64,000 nucleotides of DNA from Octopus sinensis (taxonomy: Eukaryota). The notes below the pieces were generated by a model, which worked only from the letters and a program-made list of their open reading frames with translations, ran no database searches and was not told the DNA's origin. Positions 37,111 through 49,499 of this stretch are shown here, piece after piece (within the stretch, counting starts at the first letter, position 1; each line of letters starts with the position of its first letter). Where the stretch lies: the NCBI RefSeq assembly GCF_006345805.1, contig NW_021833018.1, positions 186,001 through 250,000 on the forward strand, written 5' to 3'. The position numbers were made by a program, and so were the translations under genes.

Positions 37111-38018
37111 TTAAATCAACGAAACGAAAAATGTGCGGATTTTTCCAAAAAAAACAAAATTGGAAAGCTTTTTATAACTAAAAATGACGATTAGATTCGT
37201 TAAAAAATAAAATCCATAAAAACCTGTTTGAAAGAAATCCTTTTTGTTCAAAACCGTATTAAATTTTCCTTGAATGTTAAACTCGGATTGGTAGTTAACA
37301 ATAAAATCAACAAGTTTTCGTGGAATAAGCATAATTGTCAGCCAAATCAAGACCAGAATAATTCGATCAGACTTATACGTAACCACCTCTCTGATTTGTT
37401 TGTTTTCAATCTCTATAAAAAGCTGCAATGGACCACTGTTCACTAAGGTAACAACACTTCCAACGATTCCAACAATTAATAATATCAAAAACATCAATGG
37501 CACCTCAATTATTGGAAGTGCATAATATACATATTTCTGGTTAATACTTTCAAACTGTCAATGTTAAGAAATTAAATACTTTCTTAGGCAACGTCCAAAA
37601 ACGCGGTAAAACCAAAAGTAGCGTTGAAAAGATGATCACTGTGAGAATAGTTACAATTTTTCGAGTTGTTAATAGTATAAAAGATCGACTTCTTACGTAA
37701 TGAATCCAGTAACTGCCAATAAATATCAAAGTAAATATGGATGAAAGCCATAACCAAGTAGACAATGCTGAGAAATAACGAAGAGTCGTCACTCCAAGAA
37801 TATCTAATAAATGACAAATTTAAAGGACCTCCAAAGTCGGGTTCATTCGTCACGAAATCGAAGATTAAAAAAATAGAAAAAAAACAAAATACAAATGAAA
37901 ATACAAAATCGAAAGAATTTTTATAAAAATAAAGAAAAGAAATGGCCAAAGAGAACGAAATCATTATTGTTAATAAAACCATAATAGTATTAAAATAATA
38001 GACGTAGGTAAGGTCCAT
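37111..38018 (-). CDS. Hypothetical multi-pass membrane protein
   Basis: Two long hydrophobic ORFs (37584-38018, 37111-37503) joinable via one apparent frameshift and one intron. Several candidate TM segments; no family recognised. Confidence 0.5.
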
Positions 38019-38159
38019 ATTTTTTTAGGAATATTTTTTAACTATTTTACTACGCAAATAATTTTTATTTAAATAGCTTCAATAATTAAAGTGACCACAA
38101 CGAAAACCGCATTTTTATCACAATGGTTAAATTTTATCGAATAAAAATTAAACTTTGTT

Positions 38160-38570
38160 TTAATTTTGTAGGATATTCAAAAACGCAAACCGGAATAAAA
38201 CGAAATAAAGAAAGCCGTTATGGTTGCTGCACAGGCGTGTTCATGACCGATGAAATTGCGTATTGTTACTAATAATAAAAACGTGTCTATTTTTTGTTTA
38301 ACCCAAAAAATTTTACTATCCAAAGCATCCAAAAATCTTTGTAAGTTTCTGTATAATTTTTGTTTTTCTTTTCTCAATTTGCAGATCTCTTCATTATGAG
38401 CGTTCCTGTTATTTGGATTTTTTAAAGATAACTTTTGGCAAATACGTTTCGAGAAAATCCAAAATTTGTTTTCTGAAAATCAGAATCGATTTTTTTAAAA
38501 CGTTCTAATTATTTAATTGGTTCGATTTTCTTCACATCAAACTCAATGTTTATGTATATTTGGAAGAGAG
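38160..38570 (-). mobile_element. Possible decayed hAT transposase fragment
   Basis: FLETYLPK and DTFLLLVT..HACAA resemble segments of the other hAT copies. Confidence 0.38.
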
Positions 38571-38574
38571 CTCG

Positions 38575-39794
38575 GTCTGTTAATTTTGAATATAATCATC
38601 TCCCATCTTGTTCCATTCATCTTTTGCCATCTCCCATAGTTGCTTAACGTTCTGAGGGTTTCTATTTCTGATTTTGCTCTTTAAATAATGCCAGCAATTT
38701 TCTATTATGTTAAGATCTGGCGATTGTGCAGGCCAATTGTTTAAAATATTCACTCCTTTTTCAAGCAAATAATTTTTTGTAGACCGTGAAGTATGACATG
38801 ATGCACCATCTTGTTGGAAATAAAGTTATCATCATATATCTCAGAAAGCCCTTGTTCCAAGATTCGTTGATATTCTACGGAATCTACATTTCCTTCGCAC
38901 AATATCAAGGCACTTTTTCCATCGTGTCTGATACCGCCCCAAACCATGATTGAAGGTGCGAATTTCTGAGTTTTCGTTGTGTAGTTCGAATTGAATCTAT
39001 TTCCAGGAGGTCTCCTTACGAATTCTCGTGCTTTCGAAATTAATTCGATGCGGCACTCGTCAGTAAAAATGACCTTATTCCAATCGAATGAAATTTTCTA
39101 GTGCAGAATATTTTTCTCTTCTTGATATTATAGTTGAAAGTCTAGGTTTTTTGGCTGCTATTCTTACGAAAAGTTCATTTTTGCGTAAGATTCTTCGTAC
39201 AGTTTCGACACTGACGGTTTCCGTAATATTTAGGTCTTTTCTGATTTCATTCGCTGTTTTTTTGGGAAAACGTCGAGACTCACGTACAAGATTCCTTTGA
39301 GCACGTGCCGAAAGAATACAATTTCTTCCAGATTTTGGTCTGTCGTAAAACCCATTTCCATCCAAATACCGTTGGTAAGTGTGATTTACGGCGCATCTGA
39401 ATATTCCAAGTAAAATCGATATTTCCTGTACGGTATGACCATTTTCTCGCATAAAAACAATTCTATGACGCTGTTCAACAGAAAGTCGTGGCATACTGCT
39501 TTCAAATTAATTTAAAACACGTTTCCGATACGAAAAATAGAAAAAAAGTATAAATTTTATTGAAATATAATGAATTTAAATAAAATGTCTAAAACATATG
39601 ACTGGGCCAATTTCGACAAAATCCTTAAACATATGAAGAAGTCGAAGATAAAGCGAAGATAAGATATGAAAATGATAAATATATAAATAATATAGATAAT
39701 ACTTACTAAAAAACTTTTATTTTATTGGATTTTTCTTTAGAAAAATCAAACACTGGGATTTTTTCAGAATGTCTAAAACATATGACCGGTACTG
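38575..39794 (-). mobile_element. Tc1 (DD34E) transposon, one end missing
   Basis: HTH MPRLSVEQRHRIV, MVWGGI, WPAQSPDLNIIENCW. TIR CAGTACCGGTCATATG followed by TA at 39795-39796. Inner direct repeat near 39585 gives an IR/DR-like layout. Confidence 0.9.
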
Positions 39795-40493
39795 TATATG
39801 ATCACTCTCAATTTTGTCCTCAAGATTGGGAGTTTCACAATATTTGATTAGCAAAACAAAGACAATGAATAACTCTAGGCATTCATTTTCATGCGCTGAA
39901 TAGTGCTTCCTGTCTAGAAATGTTAAAATATGAAATCCATAATCTTCAGAAAGTTTTAGCTGAATCTGCCCATCTCGTTTTGTGTTTTTGCAGCCATAAT
40001 CAACGTAATTGGAGTTAAGATCGCCGACAATTATTCCGAAGTTATTTTATTCGAAGAAATCCCAAATAATTTGCGGGTATCTCCTGAGATTTTCCGAATA
40101 CCAATAGTAACCCATTTAATTTGTATTTTTAACTTAAACTGACCAATTCATAAAGTTTTTCTTCAAAAATTCTACAGTTTCTCGTCACTAGGTAATTCAT
40201 GTAAAAGATTGATGTTCCATTTCCTACAATAGCGTCATCCATTCAAAGTATTTCAATTGACTAATAATTAATTTTACCAGTGTTGATGTCTCATCTAAAA
40301 ATTACAATTAAATGTCAATTAATTTTTAGAGTTCATGATTTTTAGAATCTGCCTATTTTAATTTATTACGTAGTTGTCATAATAACACGTAGAAAGACAA
40401 TCCAAATACTAATTGGATAACTAGGGCGATTTTTTAACCCCAAAAATTAAAAATTTAACCTAAAAAATTAACTCAAAAATTTAATTTAATAAC

Positions 40494-40730
40494 GTGTTCT
40501 GTCCGATTGTGGTCGAGACAACTGGAGGAATAAGTGGGAAATCGCTTCGCTTCCTAAAGAAGCTTGGACGCTTAGCCACATTAAAAAGCCACGACACACG
40601 TGAGACCCGGTGGCTTCTCCAGTTGATCTCCGTTGTTATCGTGAGAGGCAACGCAACGTCAATTATGTTGGCGGGGTCCACTTCAGACAGATGGCTTTAT
40701 TAACTAATTAGTTCCTTTTTTTTAACTGTT
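40494..40730 (+). mobile_element. CRE-clade 3' fragment
   Basis: PIVVETTGG..RETRWLLQLISVVIVRGNA, then a T-rich 3' end. Confidence 0.82.
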
Positions 40731-40859
40731 TTTGTTCATTGACAAATTGATAAAAAAAAATTTAATAACTAAATAATAAAAAAACTAAAACTTTTTGTTA
40801 CACATACAATTTACATAATTTTCTAAATTGTATAAAAGAAAATTTCGGTTGGATCTTAG

Positions 40860-41259
40860 AAAACTCTTTATCTCAGAGAAATCTTTCAACAGAGCAAGAA
40901 GTTGGCTGACAATTCAGGAGTAATAAATAATCGGCTGGAGATGTATGTTAATTGATCCAGTTTTTTTGAATTTCTGAATCACATCTGATACAGTTGATTT
41001 TGGGACTCCTATACTTGCAGAAATCATTCGATAAGTCATATTATGATTATAAAATGCAATAATTTGTCCTTTCATGAAATCTGAAAGGTGACTTCTTCTT
41101 TGACTATACATTTTTAGCTTCTTTTCAACGACTTTTAGATCTATAAAAGTTTTGTCCGGTTTTACATGTCATAACTAAATTGAAATTCTGCTTTATTTTT
41201 CGTATTTAATTAATAAAATCATAAAAAATGGCTTGTCCGGTTTTCGGTGACGAGGGGTG
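40860..41259 (-). mobile_element. Tc1-like 5' fragment
   Basis: HTH LSDFMKGQIIAF..VPKSTVSDVIQKFKKTGS; terminus CACCCCTCGTCACCG flanked by TA. Confidence 0.75.
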
Positions 41260-41599
41260 TATGTGTAAATTAGTCATTTTAATTATGTCTGAAATAACAT
41301 TTTTTGAAGCTTTTTATTTATGTATTCTTTAATAAATTTGTTCTCATTTTCAAATTCCAGCGATTCTAAACCATCATATGCTTGTTCAATTGTGAAACAT
41401 GTACTTTTTAATTTCGTAATAATATCTGCAATAGCGACATTATTTAGAAACCTGGAATGTTAAAATAGCTTCGAAAAAGTCACATGGACGGCTAACTAGC
41501 ACATGGTTTTTGAGACTCTTTAGCTGATCGAACTAGATATCCATCATGGCGATGTTTCTGAATTTGAATATTAGTTTTCTTCTATTGTCCTTGTTAATT

Positions 41600-42225
41600 G
41601 CAGCTTGTATAGTAGCCATAATTAAATCTAACTTGGATTGGCTGAACCTATGGTTGACGAACAACCGGCTCGTGGTAAACGCGACGAAGTCCGTCACGTC
41701 CCTTTTCATTTCCGACAAAAGATTGGGAAGGACTTCTAGGGGTAACCCTCAACATGCACCTCTGTTTCTCCCCGCACGCAGAAAACATCCTTTGCAAAAA
41801 AAATTGGAAATCCTCAGAACTCTATCCGGCTTATGGAAAAACAGGTCACACCCGGTACTGACAAATATCTACCGCCAATACTTCGAATCATCAATTGCCT
41901 ACGCCTGCAGTTCATGGGGTCCGCAGTTATCGTGATCCAACAGGAGGCGAATCGAGGAGGCTAAACAAAGGGCCCTCAAATTAACCGATCGTTGGTCACA
42001 CGATAGCGAACGCCAAGGTCCAGCTTTTCTGGAAGACCTTATCAAACTGAACCTCGGTCTGTCAGTAAATGCCCCGTCAAAAACGGCCTGCCACCCGATG
42101 CAATCTTGTGTGAGCTCGTGGAAAGCTCACCTAGCGAACATGAGGTCCCTGGTCGAGTGCATCGGGATCACGTGACTTTTGTTTGATTTTTACCGTGGTC
42201 TTGGAAGTTAATAAAATAAAAAATA
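41600..42225 (+). mobile_element. LINE family L fragment
   Basis: NLDWLNLWLTNNRLVVNATKS..IYRQYFESSIAYACSSWG plus the shared 3' module and A-rich tail. Confidence 0.76.
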
Positions 42226-42359
42226 ATAAAATCAATTTCAAGATAAGAGTTGCTTATTTTCTTAAAACAATTGTGTAATAGATGAACAGCACACGTGAGA
42301 TGGAATAACTTGGGGTAAAAATTTTTAAGTATTTTGCCAGCTAAAACATAAACATTAAA

Positions 42360-43563
42360 TGTCACCGTCCAGACCGGCCGGGGCGCCAAATCGGTCAGGT
42401 CAATTATCTAAATACAAAACAAATATTTTTCCTACAAAACATTTCATTGCAAAAAAATATTGATAATAAAAAAATAAAATCTTATTAATAAAAAAGTTCT
42501 AAAAAGTTGAAAAGATTAGCATTAATCAATGGTTTTAGTTGAATTAACTCGAGACACCCTCGAAAAAATTAGGGAGTATTTGGAATCAGGCCACCTTGAT
42601 AATTCCTTGAGTTCGGAAGAAAGGGCACGAATACGGAAATATGCCAAAAAATTTAGTTTCAAGGAGAACAACACCTACATTTCTAAAAATGGCTCAAAGT
42701 TGCGTTTTTTTTGTATCGAAGACGCTGAACTTAAGTTAAAATTCATTGAAGTAGTATATTTGTCTATTTAAATTAGGTTCAACACAATCTTAATCACTTT
42801 GGACGTGATAGGTTGTACAGTTTATTGACACTCACAATTTATGGTGCCATACGTACTGATGTGGCTTTGAAAATGGAAATATGATGAAGTGAAAAGTGGC
42901 GATGAAGTATTAATACGGCATGATAGGGATGCAAACCCGGGTTATAGAAAATACCCATTATACGACGAAATATCTGCACAAAAATATATTGTGAAAAATA
43001 GGGATCGAGAACTCGTAACGATAATTAATGAAGAGGATTAAAAAGGTCAAAGGATACATATTAGCAGAGTAAAAAAACTTTAACTGCAAATATTCATGGG
43101 GTTCGTTCTGTGTTTTTTCTCGTGTCATATTTACTTAATTGTGAAATAATTGTGCCATTGTTACAAATTCGACGCGGCCGAAGGGCGCATAGGGAAAAAT
43201 ATTCACATTGAATCATGCGGCCGTAGGCCGGATTGTGTTTTAGAGTTTTAATGATAAAAATAGAAATTTACAACATTTTTAAAAATTAAAAATGGATTTT
43301 TCTAATAAATTTTATTGTTGAGAATTGTTTGGCTAACCTTGGTTAAAGCGTTTTTAAATAAAATGCAAAATCAATACGGTAATTATCTGGAAATGACTGG
43401 ATGTTGGTTTTTTATGAACCCAGTAACTTCAATATTTTGGCAAAAATAATATTAAAATCAACAAAAGAATGAACAGAAAAAGAAAATAACTTCCGAAAGG
43501 TAGTTTTTATTAAAAATTTTATACATAACCGATCTGGCGCCTCGACCTATCTGGACGGTGACA
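42360..43563 (+). mobile_element. Ginger-like DNA transposon, internally deleted, both ends intact
   Basis: ~36-bp TIRs TGTCACCGTCCAGA..GGCGCCA..TCGGT; exact 5-bp TSD TTAAA. N-terminal exon, 26-nt intron, HFGRDR, then C-terminal SGDEVLIR..RKYPL. Confidence 0.9.
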
Positions 43564-44193
43564 TTAAATTTTACATAATTTCATATAATTTTCAGCATCC
43601 GAAATTAACAAATTTCGAAGTGCATTGTCGACTATCTGAATAATACTGCTCTTGTTAAGTGTAGATTCTATCGCCTTAAACAATATCCGATATGTTGTTT
43701 GAGGAGAATTTAACGATCAAATCATCACAGCAACGTTAATTTAAAAAATTAATAAATTAAATCACTAATATTTTTCTACTAAGTGATACGTGCACCCTGT
43801 TTTGAAAAACATTGTTATAAAGAGTCTCTCTTTCCTCACTGATATACAAAAAGAGATTTTGTTTAAGCTCCATATAAAAAAATAAAAAGCATAGAAATAT
43901 ATTAAATAAGCTCCACGTAAATTAATGTCTTGTCTGTGAAAATTACTTTCAAGACTAATTCTGTTTCAGTTCTGATATCTTGTGTTGTGCCCCCTTGCTA
44001 CTCAACAATCCAAATTACCTGAAAGGCAAGTTCACATAAGTCTTTACTAAGAGGTTTCAAAAAATTAATAGAACACACAATCGGACTGCCACTGTCTAAC
44101 CAGAGTCCATAATTACGTAATCGTCTGTCTTGAACTGTACAGATACGGAGGTAGTATGTTCCTAATTTGAACTTAAGCCTGTGACCTGTTGTT

Positions 44194-44937
44194 GTTGTTG
44201 TTGTTACATAACCCCGGTCTCATATTAGGGTATGAGACCGGCGGCTAGCAGAAACAACAGCGCCTTCGCGGGTTGCTCCCAAAGGACCTCGGGGGAGTGG
44301 ACAGCAAATTTCCTGCGGACAGGGAGGAGAACAGGGCAGCGGAAAAGGTGATCAGTTGAGTGATCTTCGGCACAGCAGAGGTTGCATACCGGGGAAATCG
44401 CGACGTTCAATGAGTGAGCGTAGGAGTTTAGTGAGTGGTGGTGGCCCGAGCGGAAACGAGCAAGGTTGATCTGAGCGGAACGCTCCAGAAGCATTTCGGA
44501 GGGGTGAACTTCCGGAGGAAGTTTGTTGAGGACAGAGTTAGGCTTCAGCCTTAGAATGGACGACGTTGAAATGAAGTCGTGGATTTTTTTCATTGGCTGT
44601 GAACATTGGTTTAGGCCATTGATTTTGGCAAGTACCCGGGAGTATAGTTTGGCAGGCGTGTTCTTCAATGCACGGCCGTTGTCATTTAGCGTGTTTAGGG
44701 CAGTGCAAGGGTGGTAGAATTTTCGCGAAGCGAATAGGAATTGTGCTCCTCTCATGTTTAGATGTTCCTCTATCGGGAGGAGGTTGTCGATGTGGGTCAC
44801 CTTCTCGTGGTGGCAAATGATAGTTTCTCATGGAATTAACTGCCAAAAGACCCACAACCTCCCCCCTGTCGGATCGGATACCTTCCGTGACGTCGGTGGC
44901 AGCAGAGCAGGCGCGAAGCCGTTGCTCCCAAGGACCT
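44194..44937 (-). mobile_element. LINE 3' fragment with CCHC zinc finger (I/Ingi/Jockey-like) and (CAA)n tail
   Basis: LARFRSGH and CNLC..HSTDHLFRCP; (GTT)n on the plus strand. 15-bp TSD CTGTGACCTGTTGTT at 44179-44193 and 44938-44952. Confidence 0.86.
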
Positions 44938-45039
44938 CTGTGACCTGTTGTTTCATCAGAATCAGATCTTGACTGTAAAAAACAGAATTAACATAAAAAT
45001 TAAAATTTTTTTGTCAATTCAAATTTATTTTATATTGTA

Positions 45040-45590
45040 AGGTATAGAAAACAAGTAACTAATTAGCAGCAGAGGATAAGATGGAATGAGAATTCCCACA
45101 CAAGACGGCTATTGATATGCGTTGGAAAAGTAATGTCCGTTCTCGATGATCGTTTCTATTTCTGCTTGCCAGGTCCCCCAATTTAATAAGAAATTTTTTA
45201 ATTCCGAAACCGTGGACTCCCGACGTCTCCACTGCGATTGGGGAAAAGATATAACGGTGCGATAATGCACTGTATTTGTTGACTTTTAGCGTTTCTGCCA
45301 GATTAGCTGCGGACCCCGGCTCTGCAGCTGACGTAAAGATGTTTCCGGAGGAAGTGTCCGTACAAGTTGCGTCCCAGATGAGAGACTTTTCATTTTCAAA
45401 GGGGAAAATTGTTAGGCCATCTGGACGTTTACCATCCTTCTGAATCAGGCCGACAGGTTCCAAATGTGATGGGAATCCGGCAGTTTTGAGGAGAAATGAG
45501 CTGGCTCTTTCAGCGAATCTCGGTCGCCGTGCTCCCCGGAAACTGCCGTTCAATACACAGTGCGGCGTCGCTGAGCTGACCTTCAGGGTC
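45040..45590 (-). mobile_element. CRE-clade 3' RLE fragment
   Basis: EPVGLIQKDGKRPDG..AVETSG..LLFQRISIAVLCGNS. Confidence 0.86.
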
Positions 45591-45754
45591 CCGACTATTC
45601 TTTAAGTTACTTACTTTTTCTGTTTTTATAAATAATCTACTCATAAAAAAAATTTATCATAAAAACAGACGTCAGTAATTAAACTTTTGAGTACATGGAA
45701 CAGTTATTTTGACGTCATTTTTGGATATAAAAATTATTTTTTTTAATTCAATAA

Positions 45755-46676
45755 ATGTTCGTCTTTATAATTTTATTCCACAATATTGTAACAAGTTTAA
45801 TTCTAGCTTTAGCTTCTTACTTCGTCCGAGGATCGAAAAAAGTTTTTGGATGCACACAACAAATATCGATCAATCGTGAGCCCTCCTGCCTCTAATATGC
45901 TAAAAATGGTAATATGCCATAAACACAATTCAAAGAAATGGGATGAGAAGCTCGAAGCCATGGCTACAGAATCAAGTCAGAAATGTCTGTTTAAGCACGT
46001 CAATGGAGGAGAAAATATTTATTACACAACATGTATCATTTTGTAACATTCCAAGACAAAGAAAATCCCCAAGATGCGATAAAATCATTTTATGAGGAAC
46101 ATCAACAGTATTCATATCAGACAAATAAATGTTCCTATATCTGTACTCATTACACTCAGGTCTTATTTATTTTAATTTAATAGATTGCATGGGCAAAAAC
46201 TGACCGAGTAGGATGCAGCACAACATTGTGTCGTAATTTAGATATCAATAAGAGGAAGGTAGAAAATGCTTATCTTACATTTTGCAATTATTTACCAATG
46301 TTATTATTGAGTGTAAAGAGTTTTATTTAGAGGAAATCAAGGAAGAGTGCGGCCTTATATTGCAGGACTCTCGTGCAAACAATGTCCAGATTCTGCTCCA
46401 TTTTGTGAAAATAAACTTTGCACCGGTTTCATAAAATACATTTTATTATTTTCTAGATGAGAAGAATAATACAAACACAGTAACAACGGAGAAAAGTTAG
46501 ATTTTTAGAAAAAATCATTAGCCCACCACAGTAAAAATTCAAATGAAATAGCGACTAAAGTAACTGAGGAAAACTCCAACTCTGTGCCAAGTATAACTTT
46601 AAATCGAAATATTGAAGGATTTAGTCTTATTAGATTTTTCATTATTCTAATAGTGGCACTTATCGTTCAGCAGTAA
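45755..46676 (+). CDS. CAP/SCP superfamily protein (GLIPR1/PI16-like) with hydrophobic C-terminus
   Basis: FLDAHNKYRS..PPASNMLKM/WDEKL, GENIY, CTHYTQ/IAWA..VGC, CNY.., CKQCP..CENKLC, then a Ser/Thr/Asn stalk and FFIILIVALIV. Confidence 0.85.
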
Positions 46677-46859
46677 ATCTTCAATTTAACAAAATTTGAT
46701 CTATTATTAACTTTAGGATAACTGATGAAATAATTAGTTTATAACATTCATTATGACCTAATGTACTAATATTTCTCGGACATTTCTTTAACCATTGATC
46801 TAATAAATCCAACTAAATCAATAAATTATTCAAAATTATTTTGTTTTTCCTCAGAGTAT

Positions 46860-48425
46860 TCGTTTCCTGTCACCTCATCATGTCTCCTCTTCATCGAGTT
46901 AGCTTCCCTTTGGTGAGTGTTCTACACTGCATAATCTTTGTTGAGAATCAATGCTTTAGTCATTACGTCTTCGAAACCATGTTTATATTCTACGAACATT
47001 CCTTCCAACGTCTTCTTTAATGCAATTTAACGCCAGAACACTGTCTTTAATGCCAATCAAATCCATGTATGTTTTAAAATACTTGGAGGTGATCGCATCC
47101 CAGGTAATGACAATCGGAAGTATTTTGACTTTGGCTTTGAAAATGATTTCTAATTCACTTGCCAGGATATCATATTTATGAAGTTTTTCAACTTCAACTG
47201 CATTTTAAATTATCCACACATGTCACTCCAATCTCTATTAGCCATATGTGGTTTAATTTTTGTCGTATAGAAAAATGTCCGGCTTATTATATTGAATTTT
47301 TGATTCGGTAGGGATAGTAGTGTCAACTCGTAATTCAGCAGGATCATTGGTAATCACGCTTTGGATAGAGTGAGTCTTTAACCTTTTTGATTTTTTGAAT
47401 CCAAATTTTCTGCATACGTGCATTTGTATGCATTTAACAATTTCATTATGTCGCCTTGTATACGCGGAATTAATCATTTTATTGCATCGAGTTGCCAAAT
47501 GGTCGACTGTCTTATTAGAAGATTTGCAATGTGGGCATTTCGAACCAAGTTCGCGAAAGAAAATATTCCTGTCCTGCAGAAGGAAGAACATGGCTTCAGA
47601 TTTAGGGGAAATATTTCCTTTTACAATTCATTTTGAAGATGTCTGTATATTGAAAGTCTCATTATCAAGTGATTCAAATAATTTTGAATGGAGAGTTTTC
47701 TTTTTAATGGCTGTTAAGAGACACTCAATCTGCAGACTCTTTAGTGTCTGTTCAATGTGCTGGGTTGATTCATATTTTATTCGCAAGAATTCTGTGATTG
47801 TGGCCATATGTGACTTTCTTTGTTGTTCAGCCCACAGAATTCCTGCACTCCTCAGAGAAGTAAGTTTTCGCCTTTCCAGACTTGTTTTGAAATCAAGCAA
47901 CATTTTCTCAGCTTTGAAAGTGATTGATATCAATCCCCTTCCAAACATATTCCTCGGTAAGTAAAGTCTTTCTTTGCAGGCTGGTTTCATATGCACATTC
48001 AAAATCATAAGTATCTTTCTGACTAATTTATAAATTTTTTCAAATTCACAGGATTCTAAGTCAATGAGGCCAATATAGTAATTGCACAGTGATAGAGCAT
48101 GTTCATTTTTTTTATTGATTGCTTTAAATAAATTGACGGAGTTTAATTTAGTTTCCGATAACTTTTCATTACGGTTTTGCATTTCTTCTTTAATATTTTT
48201 AAACACGTCTTCTTTGAGTACATCTGTTTTCTAAAACTCCCAAATATCTGTAGCTGTCCAGAACATCCATCAATTTACCATCATTTGTTGCTGATTTATC
48301 GAAATTCTTCTCCAGTCCAGATGATTCAAAGTAATAGTTCACCTCTTCCATCATCCACGCCAATGTCTCCTCTTCTTTGGATAATAGCTTCAAGTCGTCA
48401 ATAAATAGGAAGTGATTTGTAGAAA
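46860..48425 (-). mobile_element. R4/Dong-like RLE non-LTR remnant (RT end to RLE)
   Basis: FLFIDDLKL, YRYLG, ERLYLPRNMFGRGL, CPHC..VDHLATRC..RRHNEIV, KPDIFLYDK. Confidence 0.86.
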
Positions 48426-48864
48426 AGGTTAAGGAATTAATGCCAACAGAATTTATTGTTTAGGATTCGAATCTGGTCTGTGATTGTTGTCGAGATTCTT
48501 TCAAATTCTCCCCTTTTGGATTTTTTGTAATTTTAAGAACATAAAATGTCAATGACTTTCTTCTTTTCTTCGTCTTTGATAGTAGACATAAAGTATTTTG
48601 ATATTAATATATCCTTTTCAGTCAAAGACTCAATTTTATTTTAGATTCTCTGCTTCCAATCCGTTTTAAATGTATCTCTCATTGTAATTTGTTGATACAA
48701 ACATTGCGCGAAATATAAAAGATTGAAATATCTTCAATACTTGTAGGTAGATTGTTTGTTGTATATTCGGACAATTTCTTGTGGTGTACGGATGGTTGGT
48801 TTACAAAATGGAATAACCTATGGGCGCATCTACTCAAAATAATAGTTAAAATTGTAATGGAAGA

Positions 48865-49347
48865 ATGGATTTAAATGTTCATGGTCGTCCTTATGCCTCC
48901 GGAAATTTACTCACTGGACCTCCCCAGCAGATATCAACCAGTCTGCTACCTCTGAAAGCTTTGTGTGACTTTGTCAACTCTTTGAATTCTGGTGAATGGA
49001 TGACTCAGCTCTTCGGGCTCGTCAAAGATCGGTTTAAGCGGATGCCTAGAGGAGGATGGCCTTTGACTGTGGATTACTTCAATCTGAAGTTTGGAAAGAA
49101 GAACTCAATATCTGAACTAAAGAGGGTTATTGCTTCAATTAGAAATAATGCTTCTGTAAGAGATAACGCTAGGATTGATGCCCCCAGCAACGATAAAGGT
49201 GGCACCAATTTAACCTTATATATTAAATGCTATGAAGAATTGTTGATTCAGATAGAAGAAAATAGTTCAATACTTTTGAAGAAAGAATGCCTACTCCGAA
49301 AGTCCCTGCTCAATATACACCCCTCGACAAAAAATTTGGTTATTTAA
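48865..49347 (+). CDS. 160-aa orphan ORF, possibly the Ginger N-terminal exon
   Basis: Intact ORF about 50 bp inside the putative left TIR; no motif recognised. Confidence 0.35.
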   Translation: MDLNVHGRPYASGNLLTGPPQQISTSLLPLKALCDFVNSLNSGEWMTQLFGLVKDRFKRMPRGGWPLTVDYFNLKFGKKNSISELKRVIASIRNNASVRDNARIDAPSNDKGGTNLTLYIKCYEELLIQIEENSSILLKKECLLRKSLLNIHPSTKNLVI

Positions 49348-49499
49348 TCTTTCCTGCTTTTTTTCATTTAAAAACGAATAAATTCATACTTTAAGATCCT
49401 TTAGATCTTCTAAAATAATATTTATTTTGTATTTATAATTAAAATAGATTTAAATTTTAATAATGCAAGAAATTTAAAGCATGTCGACAATTTTTTTTT

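Larger units (their letters stand above)
40422..43730 (-). mobile_element. Fragmented hAT (CGGBP1-like type) hosting several insertions
   Basis: TAGGGCGATT end at 40422. Coding pieces LLISDAENYM (~43600), FHLTCAVHLLHNC (~42290) and ATIQAAINKDNRR (~41590) are colinear with the 22928 and 55557 transposases. Confidence 0.6.
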
